The position numbers and the translations under genes were made by a program. Shown in pieces: positions 57,236-63,604 of a DNA stretch of 64,000 nucleotides. The notes under the pieces were generated by a model. That model saw nothing but the letters and a program-made list of their open reading frames with translations, searched no databases and was not told where the DNA came from. Position 1 is the stretch's first letter; the number at the start of each line of letters is the position of its first letter. The DNA comes from Acidimicrobiia bacterium (lineage in GTDB: Bacteria > Actinomycetota > Acidimicrobiia > Acidimicrobiales > VFJN01). The stretch spans positions 71,785-135,784 of the forward strand of contig JBKHYD010000040.1 of the NCBI GenBank assembly GCA_046565645.1. Reading direction: 5' to 3'.

Positions 57236-58195
57236 GTGCGCCGAACCCTGCTCCTGCTTCTCGCCCCCCTGCTGGTCCTGGCCGCCTGCGGCGACGACAC
57301 CGACCCGGCCGACGACGGCGCCGAGGAGCGCACGGTCGACCCGGCCGACGAGTCGGCCCTCGAGGAGGTCCAGGTCGAGCCGGGCGGCGAAGGCGAGGCC
57401 CCAACGCTGACCTTCGAGCAGCCCTTCGCGGTCACCACCACCGTCCGCCGGGTGCTCGAGCCGGGCTCCGGGGAGGCGGCGGCAGAGGGCTCCACCGTCG
57501 TGTTCGACTTCGTGTTCGTCAATGGCCGCGACGGCTCCGAGGTCAGCTCGTCCTACGGGCTCGAGCCCCCCACCGTCACGATCGACGACAACCTCCTCGC
57601 CGGCGTCCGCATCGGCCTCACCGGTGCCCAGCCGGGCGAGCAGGCGCTGGTGGCGATCGCCCCCGCGGACGGCTTCGCCGGCCAGGGCGACGACGAGGAG
57701 ACGGGGGTTCGCGAAGACGACACGCTGCTGCTGTTTGTGGACGTGAAGGACGTCCGCACGCCGCTGCCGCGGGCCGAGGGCGAGGCGGTCGAGCCGGCGG
57801 AGGGACTGCCCACCGTCGAGCTCGACGACGACGGGAAGCCCACGATCACCGTCCCCGCCGGCGAGCCGCCGAGCGACCTCGTCGTCCAGCCGCTCATCGA
57901 GGGCGCCGGGCCCGAGGTCGAGGCCGGCCAGCAGCTCACCGTCCACTACACCGGCGTGCTCTGGGACGGCGGGGAGCAGTTCGACTCGTCCTGGGACCGC
58001 GGCTCCCCCGCCACCTTCCCGATCGGCACCGGCGGGGTCATCGAGGGCTGGGACGAGGGCCTCGTGGGCCGCACCATCGGCTCACAGGTGCTGCTGGTGA
58101 TCCCGCCCGAGAAGGCCTACGGCGACACCGGCCAGGGCACCATCCCCGGCGGCGCCACCCTCGTGTTCGTGGTCGACATCCTCGACGCCCGCTGA
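57236..58195 (+). CDS. FKBP-type peptidyl-prolyl isomerase lipoprotein
   Basis: 319 aa. Lipobox LAAC. C-terminal VHYTGVLWDGGEQFDSSWDRGSPATFPIGTGGVIEGWDEGLVG is an FKBP domain. Confidence 0.88.
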   Translation: MRRTLLLLLAPLLVLAACGDDTDPADDGAEERTVDPADESALEEVQVEPGGEGEAPTLTFEQPFAVTTTVRRVLEPGSGEAAAEGSTVVFDFVFVNGRDGSEVSSSYGLEPPTVTIDDNLLAGVRIGLTGAQPGEQALVAIAPADGFAGQGDDEETGVREDDTLLLFVDVKDVRTPLPRAEGEAVEPAEGLPTVELDDDGKPTITVPAGEPPSDLVVQPLIEGAGPEVEAGQQLTVHYTGVLWDGGEQFDSSWDRGSPATFPIGTGGVIEGWDEGLVGRTIGSQVLLVIPPEKAYGDTGQGTIPGGATLVFVVDILDAR

Positions 58196-58234
58196 CGCGG
58201 ACAGCGACCCCGGAGGGCCGCTGAGGAGGAGAAG

Positions 58235-58279
58235 TGGTGGGCGCGAAGGGACTCGAACCCCTGGCCTCTGCCGTGTGAA
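58235..58279 (-). other. tRNA 3' fragment (anticodon loop to CCA only); putative att core of the downstream island
   Basis: Minus-strand read TTCACACGGCAGAGGCCAGGGGTTCGAGTCCCTTCGCGCCCACCA. It has a T-arm with a TTCGAGT loop, a 7-nt acceptor 3' strand and ACCA. No matching 5' acceptor strand (GGGCGCG) or D-arm lies upstream. The TTCACAC loop would imply Val(CAC), tentatively. Confidence 0.65.
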
Positions 58280-58376
58280 CGTGACCCGACCGGACTTAGG
58301 CGGACACTGACGGAACCCAGGCCCAGGTCAGACGGGGTGCGCGGACACCACCGGAAGGCATCGGACGCGACCGGAT

Positions 58377-58398
58377 GTGCCATGGACGTGCCATGGAG
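58377..58398. repeat. Tandem direct repeat GTGCCATGGAC GTGCCATGGAG
   Basis: Read directly. Lies between the tRNA fragment and the stop of the 58404..59132 gene. Confidence 0.7.
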
Positions 58399-58403
58399 CG
58401 GAC

Positions 58404-59132
58404 CTAAGCGCCGAGGAGCTCGCGCCCGTACGCCAACAGCTCCCCGCCCGCTCGACCCTTGGGCGGTTTGCTGAGGATCGCAAGCCTCCTGGCCTGGCCG
58501 AGCTGTCCGAGCACCGTCTTGTAGGCCTGGTGAGTCTCTGCTGCGAGCGCCTTCACCGGGGCGGGGTCGCCCTCGTCCACCAACTCCAGGTACCTAGCGG
58601 CGAGCCGCGCGTACACCTCGTGCGGCACGCCGCGACGGCCCGTGCGCTTTCCAAGATCGTCTGGCCACTCACGATCCAAATCAGGCAGTTGAGGACGGAT
58701 ACCAGATAGCTGCTGTCGCGCTACCCGCTCGAGCTCGTCGAGAGGAAGGCGACGTAGGAGGCGCATCGTGATCCCGCCTGGCGGCCTTCGAGCGCCCCTG
58801 AAGTACTGCCGGCCAGCCCATGGTTTCGTGGTTCGAAACAAGGCCAAGTGGCTCCCGTCGTCGAGTTCTGCGCTGCGCTGCAGCGTGGACATGTTCTCGA
58901 TCCCGACCCCGATCGGGATCCAGTCGCTGACCGAAAACACCCGAAGGTCGACCAACTCGAGACCAGTGACTCCATGGGTGAAGCGCATGGCCACCGCCCA
59001 CGCGCCTGTCCATTCCTGATCCTCATCGTCGACCCAGTTGATGGCCGGCTGGACGACCGTCACCGAGCGCTCGCCGAACTCGTCGACGGCTTCGGCGAAG
59101 TCGACCGGGCGGGCATCGGTGAATGGGTGCAC
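58404..59132 (-). CDS. Hypothetical protein (242 aa), divergent from the island HTH gene; possible C-terminal HTH
   Basis: GTG-initiated ORF with no recognised family. The C-terminal segment AYKTVLGQLGQARRLAILSKPPKGRAGG resembles a DNA-binding helix. Lower GC than its surroundings by eye. Confidence 0.6.
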   Translation of the reverse strand: MHPFTDARPVDFAEAVDEFGERSVTVVQPAINWVDDEDQEWTGAWAVAMRFTHGVTGLELVDLRVFSVSDWIPIGVGIENMSTLQRSAELDDGSHLALFRTTKPWAGRQYFRGARRPPGGITMRLLRRLPLDELERVARQQLSGIRPQLPDLDREWPDDLGKRTGRRGVPHEVYARLAARYLELVDEGDPAPVKALAAETHQAYKTVLGQLGQARRLAILSKPPKGRAGGELLAYGRELLGA

Positions 59133-59194
59133 GCATCGACAATACCCGATGGCCGGCCTCAGTATCGGACCTACTCGGATTCAGGAGGTCCCAC

Positions 59195-59503
59195 ATGGAA
59201 CGGTTGCTCTATTCGATCCCCGAAGCGGCTGCGCGGCTCGGCCGAGGGAAGTCAACGGGCTACGCGATGGCCGCAAGCGGGGAGCTCGAAACCGTGCTCC
59301 TCGGCTCGCGTCGGATGGTCCCGGCCGATGCGCTCGAAAAGCTCATCGGTCGACTCCGCGCCGGATCGCCCAGCGTGCAGCGCCTCGTCGATCTGATCGA
59401 GGACGACGGCCGGCTCGACGTCACCCGCATCCCGCCCGGCACGACCCTGGCCGACCTCGAGGCCGCCCAGCGCATCGTCGCCGAGCGGCAGGTCCCGGCA
59501 TGA
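59195..59503 (+). CDS. Excisionase/MerR-type helix-turn-helix DNA-binding protein
   Basis: ATG at 59195 lies 6 nt after AGGAGG. LLYSIPEAAARLGRGKSTGYAMAASGELETVLLGSRRMVPADALEKLI is the Xis-family HTH pattern. Confidence 0.8.
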   Translation: MERLLYSIPEAAARLGRGKSTGYAMAASGELETVLLGSRRMVPADALEKLIGRLRAGSPSVQRLVDLIEDDGRLDVTRIPPGTTLADLEAAQRIVAERQVPA

Positions 59504-59796
59504 GCCCCCCTGAACGCGCCGCCTCCCCGGGCTGGGGATCCGGGGAGGGCGACAGGATCACGCTGGACGGCACGATCTCCCCCAAGGATGCCACACACGA
59601 CCCTGAGTTGTGCGCCACCTGCCTGCGTGGGGTGCGGCCGTGGACCCCGGAGCGCCGGGAGGCTGCCGCCAGCTACGCGGCGACATCGGGCCGGCGCATC
59701 GACCACCTGCCTCATGGTGAGCGCTCACCTGGCCCGCTCGAGGACGTGCTGACACGGTTCCACCCGGACTGGAAGCGGGAGGACGCCCGTGTCTGA
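59500..59796 (+). CDS. Hypothetical protein (98 aa)
   Basis: ATGA overlap with the HTH gene. Last 98 codons of ORF 59038..59796. No recognised motif. Confidence 0.5.
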   Translation: MSPPERAASPGWGSGEGDRITLDGTISPKDATHDPELCATCLRGVRPWTPERREAAASYAATSGRRIDHLPHGERSPGPLEDVLTRFHPDWKREDARV

Positions 59797-60910
59797 GCCG
59801 TCCTACATCCACCTGACCAGTCAGGAGCTGGCCGAGCACGACGCGTTCCCCGTTCCCACCCCCCATGGTGGGGAACGCGGGAACACGCTCTACGCGGACG
59901 TCGCCGCCCTCCTCGACGGCACGATCCCCGAGCCGCCAGAGCCCACGATCCTCTACCGCAGCGACGGACACGGGATCTTCTACGAGGGGCAGGTCAACGT
60001 CCTGTTCGGGGATCCCGAGAGCGGCAAGACGATGGTGGCCGAGGCCGCCGCCGCCGCCACGATGCTGGCCGGCAAGCGCGTCCTGTTCCTCGACCTCGAC
60101 CACAACGGGCTGCAGTCCACCGTGGTCCGGTTCATGGACATGGGTGTCCCCGAGGAGATCCTCCGGGACCTCGACCGGTTCCGCTACGTCGAACCCGAGG
60201 ACCGGCTGCACCTCCTGGCCGTCATCGAGGACGCCAAGCGGGAACGATGGCCACACCTAGCCATCGTCGACAGCCTCGGCGAGCTCCTGCCCCTCATGGG
60301 CCTGAACAGCAACAGCCCCGACGACTTCACCATGGCCCATGGCCTGGTCCTCAAGCCGCTGGCCATGACCGGCGCCGGGGTCATCGGCATCGACCACCTG
60401 CCCAAGAACCAGGAGAACAAGATCAACGGGCCCACCGGGACCGCCGCGAAGCGCCGGGCCATCGGTGGCGTTGCGATCCGCGTGGTGGTCAAGGAGCAGT
60501 TCACCCCCGGCAAGGGAGGCTCCGCCTACCTCACGCTCAACAAGGACCGTCACGGAGGGCTGCGCCGCTGGTGCCCCACCGAAGGACGCGAACCGGTGGT
60601 GGGCCTGTTCACCCTCGAGAGCCGCCCCGGTGAGCTCATCTGCATGATCCACGCCCCGGAGGCCGGCGACGCGTCCAAGGCCGAAGGCGTCAGTGACGAG
60701 GACCTGGCCGAGCTCGACCTCCTCGACCCGCCGCCCACGTCGGTCCGCGACGTGAAGGAGCGCCTTCGGTGGAGATCCGACAGGGCCGCCAATGCGCTAC
60801 GTCACTGGCGTTCCCGCGTTCCCACCCCCCTAGGGGGGGAACAGGGGAACACGCCCTCATCCGTTCCCCAAGCGTTCCCGGGGAACGGGGAACGCGAGGG
60901 GGAGCGATGA
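59789..60910 (+). CDS. RecA-fold AAA ATPase (RepA/DnaB-like replication protein) with C-terminal winged-helix-like tail
   Basis: 373 aa. GTG behind GGGAGGA. Walker A GDPESGKT and Walker B-like LAIVDSLGEL. Typical of AAA_25-type ATPases of actinobacterial integrative elements and phages. Confidence 0.82.
   Translation: MSEPSYIHLTSQELAEHDAFPVPTPHGGERGNTLYADVAALLDGTIPEPPEPTILYRSDGHGIFYEGQVNVLFGDPESGKTMVAEAAAAATMLAGKRVLFLDLDHNGLQSTVVRFMDMGVPEEILRDLDRFRYVEPEDRLHLLAVIEDAKRERWPHLAIVDSLGELLPLMGLNSNSPDDFTMAHGLVLKPLAMTGAGVIGIDHLPKNQENKINGPTGTAAKRRAIGGVAIRVVVKEQFTPGKGGSAYLTLNKDRHGGLRRWCPTEGREPVVGLFTLESRPGELICMIHAPEAGDASKAEGVSDEDLAELDLLDPPPTSVRDVKERLRWRSDRAANALRHWRSRVPTPLGGEQGNTPSSVPQAFPGNGEREGER
59843..59888. 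repeat. Palindromic GTTCCC/GGGAAC cluster 1 (GCGTTCCCCGTTCCCACCCCCCATGGTGGGGAACGCGGGAACACGC)
   Basis: Hexamers at 59845, 59852 (GTTCCC) and 59871, 59879 (GGGAAC), read directly. Lies inside the 5' end of the ATPase CDS. Confidence 0.85.
60808..60896. repeat. Palindromic GTTCCC/GGGAAC clusters 2 and 3
   Basis: GTTCCC at 60810, 60818, 60863 and 60874. GGGAAC at 60837, 60845, 60881 and 60888. Cluster 2 is nearly identical to cluster 1. Lies inside the 3' end of the ATPase CDS. Confidence 0.85.
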
Positions 60911-61101
60911 GCAACGGCCGCCCCTTCCGCCGCCAGCTCGTCGACCTGCTTGGCCCCCTCGACGGGGAGCGCATCCCCGGTGGTTGCGCCGAGTGTGACG
61001 CCTACCAGACCGTCGCCGCCCTCGAAGCCGGGGTCTGGACCGTGAACGTCCACCACGACCGCGACTGTCCCGCCCTCGCCGCCATGGAGGCCCAGCAGTG
61101 A
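60907..61101 (+). CDS. Hypothetical small Cys/His-containing protein (64 aa)
   Basis: ATGA overlap with the ATPase stop. GGCAECDAY...HHDRDC suggests a metal-binding knuckle. Confidence 0.5.
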   Translation: MSNGRPFRRQLVDLLGPLDGERIPGGCAECDAYQTVAALEAGVWTVNVHHDRDCPALAAMEAQQ

Positions 61102-61391
61102 CCGTCCACCAGTTCCCCCACAAGGCCCGTCCGATCGACGACGAGATGCTGGCGCGGCTCCGGGCCACCCTCACCGCCGAGCCCCTGACTCGGGAAGCGC
61201 TGCTGGCCGGCCCGATCGACGCCATCCGCGAGCCAGGCCCATGGGTCGCTAGCGGGCGGCTGACGGACAGGCTCGAACGCCTCGTGGCCATCGGCCAGGC
61301 CCTCCAAGGCCCAGGCCGGGTGAACCTGGCCGATGGCGTCTACGCCATCGCCGTCATCATCGACGACATCGTCCGCCAGGACCCCGCATGA
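61098..61391 (+). CDS. Hypothetical protein (97 aa)
   Basis: GTGA overlap with the upstream gene. ORF 61098..61391. Confidence 0.5.
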   Translation: MTVHQFPHKARPIDDEMLARLRATLTAEPLTREALLAGPIDAIREPGPWVASGRLTDRLERLVAIGQALQGPGRVNLADGVYAIAVIIDDIVRQDPA

Positions 61392-61525
61392 GCGCCACCT
61401 GCCGCCACGACCGGACCCCGCCGTGCGTCTACTGCAGCGCCAAGATCCGGGCCGACCACTACTGGGAGATGCTCCGCTGGCAGGCCGAGCTCCGCCGCCA
61501 AGGCAAGCGCCGCCGTGTCTCGTGA
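61388..61525 (+). CDS. Hypothetical small Cys-rich basic protein (45 aa)
   Basis: ATGA overlap with the upstream stop. MSATCRHDRTPPCVYCSAKIRADHYWEMLRWQAELRRQGKRRRVS. Below the ORF-track length cutoff, so translated by hand. Confidence 0.35.
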   Translation: MSATCRHDRTPPCVYCSAKIRADHYWEMLRWQAELRRQGKRRRVS

Positions 61526-61754
61526 GACCGCCCGCACCAAGGCCGACCGGCTCCTGATCGAAGGGCGCGTCGTGATCCTCGAAGCCGGGCGCTACGGCGT
61601 GGTGGCCCGCGTCCGGGGCGAGGGCGTGATCCACACCACCCGCTACGGGTTCGGCGCCTGGACCTGCACCTGCCCCGCCCGCACCGACCAGTGCAGCCAC
61701 CTCATCGCACTACGCCGCGTCGTCGCCATCGACCTACAGGAGAAGCCCCGATGA
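61515..61754 (+). CDS. SWIM-type zinc finger protein
   Basis: 79 aa. WTCTCPARTDQCSHLIALRRV matches the CxCx(n)CxH SWIM pattern. Confidence 0.7.
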   Translation: MSRETARTKADRLLIEGRVVILEAGRYGVVARVRGEGVIHTTRYGFGAWTCTCPARTDQCSHLIALRRVVAIDLQEKPR

Positions 61755-61827
61755 CCAACCCCCCGGTACCTCGCTATGGGGCCGGTGCTGTGACCCCCGC
61801 CCCCCACGCACCCGGAGGCCACCGCTG

Positions 61828-62160
61828 ATGGCGCTACGCCCATGCATCGACTGCGGCACCCCGACCACGACCACCCGGTGCCGGGGGTGCCAGGCCCCCC
61901 TGTCCCGTGCCAAGTGGCTCAACAACCCGAACCGCGACCTGAACTACCGCAAGCTCCGAGCCGCGTACGCCCGAGCCCTGCCCCTCCCCTGTGCCATCTG
62001 CCAGGAGCCCATCACCCACCAAGGCCACGACCGTGACGCGCTCACGCTCGACCACGTCAGGCCATGGGCTGACGGCGGCAGCAACGACCCATCGAACCTC
62101 AGGCCCACGCACAAGCGGTGCAACAGCGCCCGAGGACGGCGGGATGGGGGCACCCCATGA
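61828..62160 (+). CDS. HNH endonuclease
   Basis: 110 aa. Paired CxxC motifs plus LDHVRPWADGGSNDPSNLRPTHKRCN (HNH core). GGAGG lies 9 nt upstream. Confidence 0.88.
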   Translation: MALRPCIDCGTPTTTTRCRGCQAPLSRAKWLNNPNRDLNYRKLRAAYARALPLPCAICQEPITHQGHDRDALTLDHVRPWADGGSNDPSNLRPTHKRCNSARGRRDGGTP

Positions 62161-62210
62161 CGACGGTCGACGCCCATCCGACGCGGCGCCCTCATGCAGG
62201 GACCTCGGAA

Positions 62211-62264
62211 TGTGTACGGGTGTGGGGTTCCTGGGACTCCATCTCCACCGCGCTGTGTACGGGT
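62211..62264. repeat. 11-bp direct repeat TGTGTACGGGT x2 (62211 and 62254) in the noncoding gap after HNH
   Basis: Read directly. Followed by the hairpin GTCTGGGG-13 nt-CCCCAGAC at 62282..62310. Confidence 0.7.
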
Positions 62265-62410
62265 TACCGACCGCAGGGCGGGTCTGGGGCCCGTCCGGAG
62301 ATCCCCAGACTCACGCAGGAGGCGACCGCTATGCTGAGGGGCGTCGCGTCTGGCATGCGTCGACCGTGCTCACCCCCACCGCCCCCTGCGATCACCAAGG
62401 TGGTGTCGAA

Positions 62411-62878
62411 GTGAGCGCCGTGAGTCCGATCGACTGGTCCGACGAGTCGATCGACTGGGCCCGGTTCGCGGCTGAGGTCGGACGCCAGATCCAGCAGGAG
62501 TGCCTACCCGAGCAGTTGCTGCCTGGCCTGCTGGCCGCCGACGAGGGCGAGGTGGCGGTGGTGTTCGAGCGCCGCGATCAGATGGGCCCGAACGAGCCGG
62601 AGAACTTCGGTGCCGAGGTGGCCCGGGTTCCGTGGTGGCGTGTCCGTCACCCCGATCCCGACCGGCTCCGCAAGGCAGCCGCAGCGGCGCTAGATCGGTT
62701 CCCGACCCACCTAGCCGACCAGCTCTCGACCGCCATCAACCGAGGCGAGCTCGAGGTGATCGCCCCGTCCCATGAGGATTGGGTGTTCGTGCACGTCCGG
62801 CTTGGCGAGGAAGTGGTGAAGCTCTACGCCGCACACCGCCGCGCGGTGGTGGACGGGTGGCCCGAAGATGAGGGTTGA
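62411..62878 (+). CDS. Hypothetical acidic protein (155 aa) at the position usually held by packaging genes
   Basis: GTG at 62411 behind AAGGTGG. Last 155 codons of ORF 61991..62878. No terminase or portal motif recognised. Confidence 0.55.
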   Translation: MSAVSPIDWSDESIDWARFAAEVGRQIQQECLPEQLLPGLLAADEGEVAVVFERRDQMGPNEPENFGAEVARVPWWRVRHPDPDRLRKAAAAALDRFPTHLADQLSTAINRGELEVIAPSHEDWVFVHVRLGEEVVKLYAAHRRAVVDGWPEDEG

Positions 62879-63052
62879 ACATACGTTCGCCACGGGTGCT
62901 ATGCTGTCAGCTAGGTCTCACCGCGCCGGCAGCCCCCCTGCGAAGCGGTCACGATCGGACGCTTCGCCGCCCTCGCCGCAACCCCCAGAGCGGGCCGGGA
63001 GGGACGCAAGGTCGCCGAGGAGCTTCATCCCTCGCGCCCCGGAGGCGAACCA

Positions 63053-63604
63053 ATGAGCGTCCTACACCGGACCAGTGCCGACCTCGAGCTTCGTTCCGAT
63101 GGGGACGGCCGCACCGTCTACGGCATCGCGGTGCCCTTCGGCCAGGTGGCCGAGGTCCCCGACGACTACGGGTCGTCCTACCGGGAGACCTTCGTACGAG
63201 GCTCGTTCGCTCGGACGATCGTCGAACGCGGCAGCCGGGTGAAGCTGCTCGCCAACCACGACCGCCGCCGGTTCCCAATCGGTCGGCCCACCGTGCTGCG
63301 CGAGGACGCTGCGGGGCTCTACATGGAGGCTCGCATCAGCAAGACCCGTGACGGCGACGAAGCGCTCGAGCTCATCCGAGACGGTGCGCTCGACCGGTTC
63401 AGCATCGGGTTCCGGCCCATCCGCCACCGCGTCACCCCCGAGCGGGTGGTGGAACGAACCGAGGTCGCGCTCAGCGAAGTGAGCCTCGTCGCGTTCCCCG
63501 CCTACGACGGCGCAGTCCTGGCCGGTGTCCGGTCAGGCCCCTTCCTCACCCTCGAGGCCGCCCGAAAGCGCCTCGCCCTCATCGACAAGGACTTCCTCCT
63601 ATGA
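63053..63604 (+). CDS. HK97 family phage prohead protease
   Basis: 183 aa. GYAVPFG-like YGIAVPFGQV, LLANHD, RFSIGF and EVSLVAFPAY are hallmark blocks of the S78 prohead protease. GGAGG lies 7 nt upstream. Confidence 0.9.
   Translation: MSVLHRTSADLELRSDGDGRTVYGIAVPFGQVAEVPDDYGSSYRETFVRGSFARTIVERGSRVKLLANHDRRRFPIGRPTVLREDAAGLYMEARISKTRDGDEALELIRDGALDRFSIGFRPIRHRVTPERVVERTEVALSEVSLVAFPAYDGAVLAGVRSGPFLTLEAARKRLALIDKDFLL

Noticed and set aside
58235-58330. Complete tRNA gene
   Set aside because: Only the 3' 45 nt fold as tRNA. The sequence upstream on the minus strand lacks the GGGCGCG acceptor 5' strand, a D-arm and the 5' half of the anticodon stem, even allowing for a long variable arm.
59038-59499. 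Upstream part of the 252-aa ORF 59038..59796
   Set aside because: It overlaps the 5' end of the minus-strand 242-aa gene and the whole HTH gene in another frame. Only the last 98 codons, starting at an ATGA junction, are plausible.
59843-60896. CRISPR array or tandem satellite
   Set aside because: The repeats are 6-nt units in palindromic clusters with irregular spacing. They lie inside an intact, well-supported CDS, and there is no repeat-spacer periodicity.
62118-62414. 98-aa ORF overlapping the HNH stop
   Set aside because: No RBS at its start and a composition unlike the neighbouring genes. Only the last 27 codons have a strong AGGAGG-ATG context, and these are discussed as a possible leader ORF.
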